A stretch of DNA of 64,000 bases, from NCBI RefSeq assembly GCF_964355755.1, contig NC_092673.1, positions 24,797,648 to 24,861,647 on the forward strand, in the 5' to 3' direction. The position numbers and the translations under genes are program-made. This DNA is from Antedon mediterranea (lineage: Eukaryota > Animalia > Echinodermata). Positions 38,378-51,829 of this stretch are shown here, piece after piece (position 1 is the stretch's first letter; each line of letters opens with the position of its first letter). The notes beneath the pieces were generated by a model that made no database searches, was not told the origin of the DNA, and was given only the letters and a program-made list of their open reading frames with translations.

Positions 38378-39295
38378 TTATGCTGTTCTCATTACAGTGT
38401 CTGATGTATAGTACAACTCTGTTTTGTGACAAGAAAACATTCTCTGAAAAAATGTCTTAACTCCACTACGAAACATAGCATTTCGCCAACAATATATGAA
38501 CGGGTTACAAGCTGCGCTAAGTGGAAAGGCAAGAATGAGTAGTTGAAGCGCTCGGGCACTTTTTTCAAAATCACGCTGGTTATTTATTTGCGCGCAATTG
38601 ATGATGCTAACGACAGAGCAGACAACACACGCCCACAAAACAGCAACAACAATGGCAAAGGTTTTCAGCGTTTTCAACGCGGTCTTTACCTTATTGCCCA
38701 TTCCCACTCTACTTCTTAGCATCTGCGCATGTCGATTGACTATGATGAATATAGGTATATACAGCACACACGCGAGAAAGATTGGGATAGTGATTATTGT
38801 TGTGTCCATGATGCAGTCCTGAGCGTACCACACGATGTCGATACTGACAAAACTGAAAAGCGCGCCAAGAAGCCAGCAGGCGAAACCACAAAATACAAGT
38901 CGTTTTTGAGTAACAACTTTTGTATGTTTATATGGTGCCATTATAGCAAATGCTCTTTCTAAAGTTATTGCTAGAATGCTAAGTGATGATATTATGGTGA
39001 AACAATCCATCATGATCAAAGAGGCCAGTGCTATTTCCAAACTATTATCTGCAGACTTCACCATCATTAGCAACCCTAAAAAAGAGCTGACGCAGCCATA
39101 AGCAAAATCGGCAAATGATAAGTTCACAACTAAAATGTTATGCTTACGTTGGAGCGGTCGGAATATGCTAACTGCGCCGATGACGATAAGATTCCCAAGC
39201 ACCGCTATGATGGAGATCAGAAGCGATCCAACTTCACTGATTCTTTGAATGGTTGGCACAGTAAATGAACCAGTATCAATCGTAACGTTGGCCAT
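38378..39295 (-). CDS. Intronless orphan rhodopsin-family GPCR (adenosine/melanocortin-receptor-like, 305 aa)
   Basis: Seven hydrophobic segments; GN, NLSFAD, TLERAFAI, KALKT-like ICL3 end, NPFIYCWRN..FR. Confidence 0.88.
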   Translation of the reverse strand: MANVTIDTGSFTVPTIQRISEVGSLLISIIAVLGNLIVIGAVSIFRPLQRKHNILVVNLSFADFAYGCVSSFLGLLMMVKSADNSLEIALASLIMMDCFTIISSLSILAITLERAFAIMAPYKHTKVVTQKRLVFCGFACWLLGALFSFVSIDIVWYAQDCIMDTTIITIPIFLACVLYIPIFIIVNRHAQMLRSRVGMGNKVKTALKTLKTFAIVVAVLWACVVCSVVSIINCAQINNQRDFEKSARALQLLILAFPLSAACNPFIYCWRNAMFRSGVKTFFQRMFSCHKTELYYTSDTVMRTA

Positions 39296-42219
39296 GTTTA
39301 GTCTGCTAGAAACAAATTCTCTAACAAAATCTTAACTGCTTTTGAGTATGCATCTCAACAGCTGTCATATTATAAACAATGACTTTATACAAGTGATCCT
39401 CTAACTAAATTTGATTCCGTTGGCGTCCCATATTTTAGAATTGACTATTATTCTCGTGGTGTAATTCAACTGATGTACAGTTTTGAAAATGTCGGTTTGT
39501 TATTCGCTGTAAATTGTATACTGCATTCTCAGAATTATTAATAAATAATTATTCTCTGCACGGTATCTGATTTAAAATCCAAGTTGAACACGATCGATTT
39601 TGTCCCGATTTCCGACGCAGGGTACCCCTTTTCTTTTAATCCACCACGCTACATCCGGTTTAACAGTGCTCATTAACGGATTTCAGAGACATTCCACTAG
39701 GGAGCAATTTCTGAAAGAAAATGACAAACATTATGCATTAAAGGTGTTTTTCACACTGTACTTATTTTAAAGCACAATTACACAATAACAGTTACTATGG
39801 TACGGAACATTATTAGTGCAATTCGTGAATTTAGACTTTCTCTCAACAGGGATGTTGTTTATTAGTTTCTTTTATGAAAGTAAAATACTAAAATAAATGC
39901 GTATGTAAAGTAGGCATAATTAGCTTAGTAAACTACTGTATAAGCAAGGTTGTGGCACAGCTGGTATACCTTCTGCAACTTCGAAGATATTCTTTAGTGC
40001 ACGCGCACGTGGTTAGTCAGTGTTTGTATATGAATATAAACAACAAATAAATAGGCAACCTTGCTGTTTAAAATATGCATATGCAATTTTAACTAACTCG
40101 TAACTAACTCCGTTACGCGTTATAAATAATGTAATATGTTTTAAAAATGTTTTGTTTCAGTGATTCTTCGTATGGAAGAATAAATAGAGGAAAAAAGAGG
40201 ACCACAAGTGTCGCATATTTTCGACCAGACACAATGCTAACCAAGGCTATCCAAGACAAGATTAACCTAGACTTATAACCGGATGGCAGGCAGCTCAAAA
40301 CAGTAAGTTTATCTGGTTTATATACCGTAAGCCTACGATGAAGCTGTACTAATAGTAGACAATCTAGTGGCACGCATAAGCTTTATTGCATGCGTGACCA
40401 TTTCGGCCGCCAATATGGTAAGTTCATAATTTTTCCTGTGCCGGAAGAACTTGAAACGCAGTTCGCTGTTTGTAATTATGCAAAAACACGCATTTAGAAT
40501 TTTTAATTTTAAATATTTTGCTACAAAATCCAAAACACTTTCGTGAATGAAGAGTGGCGTACGTACTTCTCATGCAAGCTGTTGAAGTGTGCCTGCGTAT
40601 CTGCAGATTTGTTCAATTGTGATGCTAATGGTTCCATCATATTTTGATAGCTTGTTGAACTTTCTTTTTCGTTCACTGGCCAAAAACTTTTTTTTTCAAA
40701 GAGACTGATATAATGATAATACTAATCGGAAGAAAATTATGATTAAGTATATAACGACCGGAATGTAGTATCTTAAACAGGAAATGAAAAATTGTCAATA
40801 ACTTTTGGTATACCGACACAAGATCTAGCTCCATACAATGTGCAATTAACAATATCATCTCAAAACACTTTCCAGGAGTATCTTTATAACATTATTGACC
40901 TCAGAAGATAAAGGTTACAGTAATTAGCAACAGCACAAGTACCTTATAAAATCTACACCATTTACGAGATTAATTTTTTGTACAGCTCAGCGCTTCACAT
41001 GTGATCCAAGGAAGTACTTTGAGATGATGATTTTCACTGCAGAAAAATACAGTAAAAGATTTCGAGTACATTTTTTGAAGCAAAATTCTTCCGATAATAT
41101 TCCGTTAACCAATATCATACAATCTCATAAACATAGTTTTTAAATTCATTAATTCATACATTCACATTTATTTAGTCATTGTTTATAATATCATTGATGA
41201 CAAGGATCCTGCATAAAGAAATTTACAATTCTGTTTTCGCAGAACCCTTTTACATAAAAACATAACAAATAAAAACAAAACATAAATTTAAATTAAAGTG
41301 AGAAAGAAACGACATTACCTATAGGCCTATACATTTTAGTGTTGTTCATCAACATAAAGTGATAAATAGTGATTTGTAACATATTTATTTATACATTTAT
41401 CTTTTCTTTCAAAAATATTCAGTTTATTACCGCCAGTACATGTGAATTCTTGTCACAACTTTGGTCCATATATGTGTATAATTATTAATATCTTTGAGTT
41501 TAGTCCTTTTCAAATTTCTGTTGATTAGGTGTTAACATCAAACTTGTGAGGCATTTGATAAATAGGCAATAAAATACCGTGACAATACTATTCTCATCAT
41601 CAGAACTGAAATCAACGCCTTAGCTGAGTACTTATATACAGTTATAGGTGTTGTTTGCAACGACCCTTTGCAAGCACCCTAATTGTGTTGGGTCTGTAGT
41701 CTGTAGTCTAAAGTTGGCCTAGATTGTTACATTTAAATACTATTTCGCATCTCTTTAATCCAAAATCAGAGTTGTTGGATATACAACTGTTTTGGCCAAA
41801 TTAAAACCATGTTCCAGTTACAATATTTTAGTATATTGAGAAGAAAACAATTTACACCGTGACATTTAGGAAAAACGCAGTCGTTGTTTGTTCTGTTCAT
41901 ACACTGTTAAGAGTGACTTACATTTTACTTGAAGTAGATAATTCTGTATCACGTACTGTATCTAGTTCATAAAGATATGGGTAAATTATGCAGGCCTAGA
42001 TACTGTAATCAAAGCTTAGTACATTAATCGTGGATTCTAATGTCCATCTGCCGATAATGTGGTGTGATCTAGACATGAATTATCACGTGTTCTAAGTTTT
42101 TACATTAACATGAGTAAATTGTTTTTGCTGATATTTCACTAAACATGTATATTTTATCCATTCTTGGACATTCTTAATTGCAATCGATGTGCCTAGGCCC
42201 CTACAGTTTGGTTCTCATT

Positions 42220-42482
42220 AACGTAAATACGTAAAGGCCACGGATGATGCGATGAATCATTCGAAATGTCGCTTGCGATTGGTCAACTCACTTGCGTTGC
42301 GCTTACGTCCTTGCGTTGTGTCCCAGTTGGAACCAAGCTTCGTAATCTCCGATGGCAACGCAAGGAAGTAAGTGTAACGCTCGTAATTTAACTAATCACG
42401 ATGCGATAAATCATCCGAACAGTCGCTTGCCATTGGTTAACTCAATTGGGTTGCGCTTACATCTTTGCGTTGCGTCCAGGTG
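42220..42482. mobile_element. Two degenerate copies of the 26999 MITE family
   Basis: TCGCTTG..ATTGGT.AACTCA.TTG.GTTGCGCTTAC.TC.TTGCGTTG twice; first ends GGAACCAAGCTT. Confidence 0.7.
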
Positions 42483-43124
42483 AGGATAATCCTCTCTCGG
42501 TACGCTTTCGTGTCTTGAGTCTTACGAATTGATAGGCCTATTTGTACAGATTACAATCGAATTATTTATGGATTGTGGGCTATAACGTGAACAAAAGAAG
42601 GTAATAATAGTGTTGAACGATGCGTCACGGTGTTTCTTTGTCGATAAATCATTTGTCATAAAAATAATGACTATTATACAGGTATTATAATCATATCTAT
42701 GATTAAAAATTTATTTAAAAATTCCCTAGAGTTCACAAGCCAGTATCGAACAAGATAAATGGGATTTAACTTTTCTATTTCTTATTTTGAATCCTATCAT
42801 GAATGAATGCTAGACCTTTACAAGGCTATATTGTTTCATTAAATATATAATTTGTAAGTATTGTTGACCATTGATAGAAATTAAAATATGTATAAATGTA
42901 ATATTAGGCCTACACAGAGATGAATTAAAATGTTATAAAAATTACCGAGTTAAGCGGTTCCATTAAAAACCACATTAAAGCTACGTTCACACTATGCCTG
43001 AATTTCGATCCGGTGGCCTGGATAAAATGGTTCAAACAATACAACCGTTTACACTAGGTATTCCGAATTCAGTAAAACGTTTGTGTCTGTCATAGAAAAG
43101 CGTACCTTTAGCAGTTCGAATCTA

Positions 43125-44029
43125 GGGTCTGTTTCTGCTGAAAAAATCAAAATAATCGATTTTTTCCAGTCACCGCAAACCACAAAAATAATCGCGTTGC
43201 AATTGAAAATTGCTACGACTTTAATCGGTTATTCAGGGTAATCGGTTTTTAAAATCACGTCATCATTCCCCCACAGCGGAGTTCAAGTTATGAAAGGCCG
43301 GTGAGAGTTGGTTTGTTTTAACATCGTATCGCTGCCTAAAACTCTCACATGTATTATTAAAGATTATTCTTACGTAAAGCTATATTATTTGTAAAATAAA
43401 CATCTAGGCCTACTACCGTACCAAATACAACAGAATAATGATGTTATATTAATAAGGACACGTCGGCGAAAAAAAGTTCGTTTCGCCGTTCGTTGGTTCT
43501 ACCTTCGGCCTGCTAGGCCTATAGGCAAAATATTTCTACCGAAACAAGTCAACAGACAACAGGCCTAAAAAATGACATGTAAAACATCGTTAGCCTGGAC
43601 TGGTGGTATGTAACGGGTGTACTTGTAACACAGAATCCTGGAGTCTCTCTGTATAATTCTCCCCCACAAAATAATAAAAATCAAATGTTTAACATTTGAT
43701 TGTTATTCGGTATACATCGCGGTCGTGGTTTTGCTGATCGTCGTCGATATCGCGCAAAACAGCATGCCTTTGTTACGTGAATAAGTTTGTCATACTCTAG
43801 AGGTCAAAGTGAGGTCAATAATCGCTATTTGTGTTGCAGCTCAAAACTGCTCCGCAATAATCGGTTAAAACAAGAAATAATCGATTAAAACACGCAATGG
43901 ATTGAGTGTTTTTAATCGGTTATTTTTAATCGGTTATTTTATTTTGCGCCGTTTCTGCTGCCCAAAAATAATCGATTAAAAAAATAAACGGTTAATAATC
44001 GATTATTTCTGCTCAGCAGAAACAGGCCC
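43125..44029. mobile_element. Non-autonomous TIR element, Harbinger/Tourist-like (~905 bp)
   Basis: GGGTCTGTTTCTGCTGA / TCAGCAGAAACAGGCCC (16/17 match); subterminal TAATCGATT/TAATCGGTT motifs; TSD unclear (TAG/CAG). Confidence 0.75.
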
Positions 44030-44609
44030 AGCTCTGACTCGGACCGAATCCGAGTGTGAAATCTTGTATTGTAATATTGCGGTGGTGTTTTTGACATGTC
44101 TGTAGGTTTCCTGCGCGCGTAGATGTTGTACCGATCATTACAATTCGAATAAGTGATTGGTTGATGACTTGGCTGTATTTCATTATTATCGAAAGAACAG
44201 TTTAATAGTCGTAATCTTAGAAGAAAGAAATATTGTATTTGTGACATTTGGCATAGTAGCCTATAGAAGTAATTTGTTTATGAAATCATTTGCAATCACT
44301 ATATAATCAATAGAGGGAAATGAAAACGTATACATTATGTTTTCTTGCTATATTACTTTGGAAGAGATTAGCGTACCCATGGAGAAATTAGTTAGTTCTC
44401 CATGGCATGTATATTGCAAATATGACCCAACAGGTAGATTAATTTCTGTATAGACGGATGCACTCGGTCGAACGTGTTAATAACAGGCGCGTGCGCATCA
44501 CCTGCTGTTTATTGTTAGCGGAAAGTTTAGTTACGTATATATGATGCGGTTTATTTTGTTTAACTCGTGGAAGTATATACATACCTCAATGGTTAACTTT
44601 TGCGATAAC

Positions 44610-44793
44610 CAGTGGCGTAACAAAGAGACCCGAGACCCCTGGCCTAGGAACCCCAAGTGGCCCTCTAATGCTGAAGGCATCGGGTGTTTCTTTTAGCCTT
44701 TTTTTGACATATTTCAAATGCCTGTTTTTCCTCTGGACACTGGCTGTTTAGCCCGGGTTTAGTCAGTGAGCGCTCATAGCCGTTACGCTATAA
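44610..44793 (+). mobile_element. hAT-like MITE (family of 49719)
   Basis: CAGTGGCGTAAC start, CAGTGAGCGCTCATAGCCGTTACGC end. Confidence 0.7.
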
Positions 44794-44835
44794 TGATTCG
44801 TTCATGTGCACGATGTAAAATGTGTCCATGGTTGA

Positions 44836-45917
44836 GGGGTGTCACGAAACCTAAGACCACGAAAGCTCAGACCCCCTAAGACCTAAGATCACGAAAGCTA
44901 AGACCCAACACCTAAGATTACAAATATTTATCTTTCGCACCTGCCTTGTATTTTAACTCCCAACATTTATTCTGAATACCACACCTTAGAATTGGCACTT
45001 TCATGAAAAAGAATCACATAAAAAGTAACAAATACATTTTTAAATTGATGATTTTACAGACGTTTTTCTCGCACACAAAATGACTAGCCTACAGTACAGT
45101 AGGCCTACCCCATGGGCCATGTTCAATGTTTTTGTTTCTATGGAACGTCAAAAGAGCAAAAATTATATAGAGGGCTGAAAACTCTGTGGAGTCCATCTAC
45201 AGTGTGGATGGAACAATGTAAAATTAAAATTGTAATGATAATAGTATAATCATGCAAGTACGAAGAAATAAATACTGGCAAATAAATTTTAATTTAAAAA
45301 TCATGATAAGTTTTTTTGTTTCGTTTTCTTTCTGTTTTTATACTTGTACTATTATTGTTGCTCGTTTGGCGCTCCATAGAAACAAAAACATTGAGCATGG
45401 GGAGCTCGAGGAGTTACATTACAGTATACAAAGAAACACATCTGTAAAATCATCAATTTAAAGGATTTATTTATTTGTTATTATGTGTTTCTCCTTCTGA
45501 AAGTACTTATAAGTCCTAATTTTAAAGTGTGGTGTTCAGGATAAAGTTAGTCAACAAATTTGGAGTCAAAATACAAGAAAGGCAGGTGCGTAAGAAAAAC
45601 ATCCTCTGAACCAACACAATAGAGTAAATATATACCAACAAACAACCCGTCAAGTTTGTTTGTTGTAAAGAAAAAATATACATTTACTCAACGGGCGAAA
45701 ATAATGTGAGTTTATCTATGTTTTGCGGTAGTATTAAATTATATTTATGGTAATAAATGAAACCTACTGTGTTTAAAATTATGTATGGATAAACAAGTAT
45801 TGTTTTTAAGCTGTAGTATATCTTAGTATTTGTAATCTTAGGTGTTGGGTCTTAGCTTTCGTGATCTTAGGTCTTAGGGGGTCTGAGCTTTCGTGGTCTT
45901 AGGTTTCGTGACACCCC
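44836..45917. mobile_element. Young MULE-like non-autonomous element with 91-bp perfect TIRs
   Basis: 44836-44926 mirrors 45827-45917; TSD ATGGTTGA (8 bp, or 10 bp CATGGTTGAG if the termini are GGG/CCC). Confidence 0.92.
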
Positions 45918-46330
45918 ATGGTTGAGTTGCCACAGACGATCGACAAGACAGTACCCGCATCAGAATATTGAACATGGTGCGTGGTCCAGTGGTTTTTATT
46001 GTTTTATGACAAGTTTAAAATAAGGATGATAAATTCAATTGCTAATGGGATTTGACAGCTGTGTCTTGTGGATGTAAATCAAAGTTATGGGAATAGTAGT
46101 TCATTATATATGACACTTATTCAATTAAAAGCAAACTGTTCCATCACAACACGTATAATTTTTATGGATAGTAAATTAATTATTTCTAAAAGCCGAATAG
46201 GTAGCAAGGTTTTCTTGTATTGATATTCAGTGGAATCTAATTGATGAGCCAGGTAGTTTTATTGATAGCGAAACACATAAAATCTATCTCGAGATTGATG
46301 TTAATTTAAGTTGTACAACAATGTTCCAAT

Positions 46331-46535
46331 CAGTGGCGTATTGGTAACGCGGATGCTTGAGGCACTTGGTTTAGGAACCCTCTAACGCTGGAGGGACGTT
46401 TTTTTTTATAGCATTTTCGACATATTTAATGCCTGTTTTTCCTCTGGGAAATGCTCAGGGGGCCCCCATTAACTCCAGGCCCCCATAAGCTTCAGGTTCC
46501 CCTTTGGTTTAGCCAGTGAGCGCACATAGCCCCTT
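46331..46535 (+). mobile_element. hAT-like MITE, degenerate third copy
   Basis: CAGTGGCGTA start; ATGCCTGTTTTTCCTCTGG and CAGTGAGCGC.CATAGCC shared with 44610. Confidence 0.65.
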
Positions 46536-47271
46536 TGGCCTAAATCTTCAGGTGTACCCAACAGAATGTACCTTGAAGACGTGTCTCTGGCGAAGTGTCG
46601 ATCATAGTGTTAAAATACGGGGCGCCGTCTGACACATAACCCATAGTTTGTCTTTCATACAATAGTTTGTATTTTACAAACCACAATTTGAATTTTTATA
46701 TATTATAGACAAATTGTCAGTTGTTTACAACGTCCTGTATCAAAATATAATATATCGCTCCTCTTTCATTTCACGAAGGGTTGTACTGTAATAGCATATA
46801 TCATATATAACTAACTAACTGTACCACTTTATCATATTTTAATATAAATCATCTGCCTATCTTTAAATACAAACGGTCCACTCGAAGTATGGTTCATTTA
46901 GCATGCAATATTATTTATACCCATGTCATGGACAAAAATATTGTATTAAATCCACGAGTGCGTTTAATTACCTACTTGTACGTATTTACTATAAATACAT
47001 ATTCACTGACGTTTAATTTGCCATTGTAAAATGTTATTAAACGTTTGGTAACGCACATAATGGATTATAAGATACTTATATCTAAAGGGCACAAGCTAAG
47101 ATTAATCGTGGATTAAACGGTGACGACAAAAATGTAAAGTTCACAAATTGTCCATATTTTCAATATTATTGAATAAGCAGAATAGCGTGACGTGCTTTAG
47201 CATAGTCAGTCACCATGTTAATACTGTTAGTGCTTTACATACATGGCTGCAGTCGCGTGCTCAACTTTTTA

Positions 47272-47332
47272 CCCACCGACCAACCGACCGACCGACATAG
47301 TGAGCTGTAGAGTCGCGTTGCAAGACTAACAA
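47272..47332 (-). mobile_element. 5' fragment of DINE-1/HINE-like element
   Basis: Reverse complement ...GCGACTCTACAGCTCACTATGTCGGTCGGTCGG matches the start of the 63266 element. Confidence 0.65.
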
Positions 47333-47619
47333 TGGGAGTTTGATTTGATTGATCTTTGGAACAACTCTATTCAAGGGACATCCCTATTATTGGGACACTT
47401 TCACAATTGTAACCAACAAGTAGACAATATACTGCGTTCATCGCCTATTCTGGGGACTTTGTTGTGTCCCGAAAAGATCCCTTTATCGGGGACACTTTAG
47501 TAAATGATTTCCGTGTTATTTGTAAACGAGAATGTAATATGGGGTATAACCTGCGATTTGCAGCCTATATTTGCCTGATTTGTGCACAGGTGTGGACGAC
47601 ACATACTACCACAACTTTC

Positions 47620-47875
47620 TTCTCTAAGGGTCCCTGCATGTCGAGTTATGTTACCAAATAGTGCCTGTTCGTCTGTCCACAACGAGAGGGGCTGCATGGA
47701 CCAGTACACCAGGGTAACCACTACTCTTCCGAAAGATGCACGGGTTCTTTAAAGTGCGCACGAGCCAGATGTGTACACTGGACCTCCAGTTTTGAGTCCC
47801 TTTCCGAGTGTTCTCCACCAGAACAATGGTCGAGGAGTGATCAGGAGCCCCTGATTTACGCATCTTGCGCAACTA
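47620..47875 (-). mobile_element. SINE with Deu/Nin-type central domain
   Basis: Minus strand AAACTGGAGGTCC...GCACTTTAAAGAACCCGTGCATCTTTCGGAAGAGTAG...CCCTGGTG resembles the DeuSINE/Nin domain; second copy at ~62110. Boundaries approximate. Confidence 0.65.
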
Positions 47876-48589
47876 GACAGCGTAATTATTCAAACTTGCA
47901 CCGTTGTCGATGAGATGTTCTTTGGAATTAGCCTTTAATTAGAATTATTAAAAAATTTTTACGGAATATATTCAATATGACAACATATCTTTCATCACAA
48001 TTTCATGATTTCAAGATTCCAAGTACCTTATTGATTTGAATGGATGATATTTTAGTACAATTCCAACTGTATTATATTGATTACGCAATAATGTAAACAT
48101 TAGCAAACAAAAGATAATGAAACTAAGAGATAGTTTATTATTCCCATAAAAAGATACGACACGGTCATACACAAGCCAAATTAAATGCTTTTGATTTGTA
48201 ACTCAGTCAGACTTAATTGTAAACATCACAAAACGTTTCATGCTTTCTTTTTTGTATTCGATATTTTAAAAGGAAAATCGTGTTTAAATATATGCCAAGT
48301 GCAATTTGACAATCAATAATCCTATAAGTAAGGAACAGTTCATAATTAAAGTGTAATTTCACTACGCCGTTAATCCTAACAGTTTAATTTTCTTAGCTAA
48401 TTTCCTTAGAACTTTTTTAGTGCTAAATTGACACTCTCAGACGAGAAAAATTCGTTCAGCCGGTAGAGTACTAAACTCCCCAAAAAATTTATTTTTATTT
48501 TACCAATTTGTTTGAAATACGCAGTATTTTCTCCAGAAATTGCATTCGTTGTCAAAAAACTGAGACGCGGGAAAATCAAACATCATACT

Positions 48590-48722
48590 GTTGGTGTTCT
48601 AGACGTATGAACGCGATCTTTGGATTGTAGGTTCGAGTCCCATCCAGTCGGCGTTTCCATGTATATGAGCTCAAGTATTATACGTATGAAACCCAATATG
48701 TGCCAACATATTTATCTTTTTA
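48590..48722 (+). mobile_element. Degenerate tRNA-derived SINE-like fragment
   Basis: B-box GGTTCGAGTCCC at ~48630; body AGCTCAA..TATACGTATGAAAC..ATATTTATCTTTT recurs at ~55262-55315. Confidence 0.45.
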
Positions 48723-49718
48723 CAAATTCGGTCTAGAACCTAGACTACGTCTGATAGAGCAAATTTGACAAATTAGGATCAAGCGTGCTTCTGAGTGAGT
48801 GTCCGTTGGTGCCCGCATACAAGAGATGTCCACAGAGGAGGTTCAACCATGTAACACACCGTAGATAGATTGTGACATTTTATATACAATATGCTTAGAT
48901 GTTGTATAAATCAACATATTGAATTCAACAATGGCATTTTGATTAACAGTTATTAAAACACAATTACAACCTTTAATATATTATTTATACGACAGCAAAA
49001 TATGGACGTGTGTCATTATAACGCGTTTAGTTTAGTGTTAAATAATATTTATAGTATTGGATTAAAAAACCATACGAAAGGGACATAAATTAAAATAAAG
49101 ATCTATTAATTAGACGAATAAAATATTTGTTTGCATCGGCCTAAATAAGGTAAATATTCGCGAAAACCAACGATTTTTATTGGCGAGAATAAAGTCGTTT
49201 GTTTGCACATGCAATTCTTGTATATTTAATGTCATAATCTCAGAATTTGTTATGAAATGAGCCAATAGAATATTTCAATTTAATATATAATATTCAATAT
49301 TGTATATTCTTACAAAACTGCATTCAGACTTCATTTCTCTAGCTAATTGTCAATTGCAGACATGTATAGAATCGCAGTATTATCAAAGTCAGATAATATA
49401 TTCCAATTATTGTAGAAATAACTGTACTGTATGCCCCAGGGTAGACATTCCAGATCATAATATGCTATCACTCCCTCTGCACGGTTAAAGCCATTATCTG
49501 TTTATTGTAATTATTAATGACTCGTTTTAATTCATATAGGCGTAATTTTTATAACAGTGATTTTGTGACGCGTGTGTGACGTACCCCTTTTCGTTATCGT
49601 ATTCGAAGCGTTGCGAAACCCAACTATTGTTTTGAATTTGGCTTTATTTATTTGGACTAAAGTATATTGATAAAGTGTAATTCGAAGGATCCCGCGTACC
49701 GCACCCCTGCACGTTCAA

Positions 49719-49878
49719 TTATGGTGTAACGGCTATGAGCGCTCACTGGCTGAACCCAGGGGCCCTACGCAGGCATTAAAATATATCGAAAAGGCTAAAA
49801 ATGCCCGACGTTTCCAAAGTTGGAGGACCACTTATGGTTCTTAAACCAGGGGCCTCAGGTCTCTACGTTACGCCACTG
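49719..49878 (-). mobile_element. hAT-like MITE with 8-bp TSD
   Basis: ACGTTCAA at 49711-49718 and 49879-49886; end GTTACGCCACTG. Confidence 0.82.
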
Positions 49879-51829
49879 ACGTTCAAGATGTTAATGATTG
49901 TAAGAAGCGAAGTAACCTGATGGAAGTAGAGGGTAACCCCATATGCCATGCGTTTGGAATAAATGATAATTGTTCTCATTCCTTAAAAAAAAGTGTTTTT
50001 TGTCTTTATAAAACGTGTTTTTAATAGTGCTTTACAGTTCGACATTGATTGCTTTACGTTGGTCCAAAATAAATTTTTTAGTATAGCATGGTGAACCGAT
50101 GAAAACAAAAAGTCTTCAAAAGCATTATTATTTATAATACACACGATCCTCTTCAGATATTATTGAAGGACAAAAGACACTTGATTAAAATGAGCAAAAC
50201 ATGATTGTAATTATTATTATATAAAATCTGAATAATTCCTAAGTACTGCTGAATGATAAGTGGGTAGTTAAAATTCAATAATTGTCCACATATCAAATCG
50301 GATAAAATTCCGTTCACATTATAGCATAATAATTTGCAATGAAATAATCAGTTTTAATATAAAAATGCAATTTTTATAGAAATAATAACAGAGTCAGAGG
50401 CTATGTAAATAACTGTAAAAATTAACGTGTAAAAGACTAAAATTGATGTAATGAAAAACTATAACGCAAATGATGAGAGAAGAGGGTACGCGGCAGTAAC
50501 ACATATTAACCAAACAAAGTTCCCCCTGCCCCTGGATGATCCCTTGATAGGATGTCCGAAAAGAGCCGTTCTACTGTACTATGCCAACATAGGAACACAT
50601 ACCGTACCCATGGATAACTTGCTGTTGAAATGAACATGCTGAAAGCCAAACGTATGGTTAGCATATGTGATAGTGAGTTTATTCATAAAATGCAAATTAT
50701 TACTTTTAATATTAAAGTTCATTTGTACAAAATGAGTGCTTACCATAAACTAAATAGTACACATATAAATCGAAAAATCTTTTTTAACGGCAGTCCAATT
50801 TAAGAAAACAAATTGAACAACCCAATAACGGAGCCAATGTTTTTTTGTTTTTTCTTCAAATTGTACGTTACATGTCGCCCCGTGAGCCAATTTGGAAAAT
50901 GCCTAAGCCTTTGGAATCACAAATAATTCGATAGAGTTACATTGTAGTAATGGAAAGAGATTTTGATACAAATGCCACGTTAAGTTGAAATTCACTTTAT
51001 GTTGCAATGTTTGCTTTGTATACGAGTATTGAATAAACATGAATTTAGTCTATGGTGTGTTATGAAAAATATATAAAAAAATATATAACATATATGACCA
51101 AAAAATTACCGTACATCTTAATTCAACAATTGTTATTGATAAGTTAATGAACATTGCTGTTTGTTTAGAATCAGTATAGTAATATATAAAGCAGAATACA
51201 GTAGAACCCCGAAAGGGACACATTTGGCACCCAAAAAAGTGTCCCCTGAATACATTGTATTATTAAAACATTTCCCCATGTTCGTTTCGTGTGAAAATGT
51301 TTCGTTATGTGATCCCTCACCAACCCTTTTCCCTCCCTCCGCCCACATAATGTTATTATATACGTAACTTGGGTTTATGTTGGCTGACAGCACCATGTTA
51401 AATTGTTAATGTTGTATAAACGAGATAAAAACACCTCAACAACATACAAAGGGAATTAATATCGAGAGATTTCTACACGTAAACATTCTAATGTGAGAAA
51501 ATATGTCAATCGTGTCGTTTTGCCCCGGGTAAAATGTCAGAGATGTAGACATCACCACAACCATCAAGTTGAAGAAGAGGAGTTCAAAATGAAACAGGCG
51601 AATACAAATAAAAAATACATTATGAATACTATACTGTCGACACTCTCCATTTGAGCACGGTTTTGAATTTCTCAATGTGGCGATTGTCAGATACAATTAC
51701 ATAGGACTGATTAAGCATATACCACAAAGATAGTCGGTCGGTGTAAATTAAGAATGTATAGATTTATTACGATAATCAAATATACATTGGTTACAAATTT
51801 CGTGGAAGGTTGAATAAACGCAATTCGTA

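Noticed and set aside
48590-48660. tRNA gene (GGTTCGAGTCCC; similar B-box-like words near 724, 860, 17351)
   Set aside because: No cloverleaf or acceptor stem can be formed; at best SINE debris.
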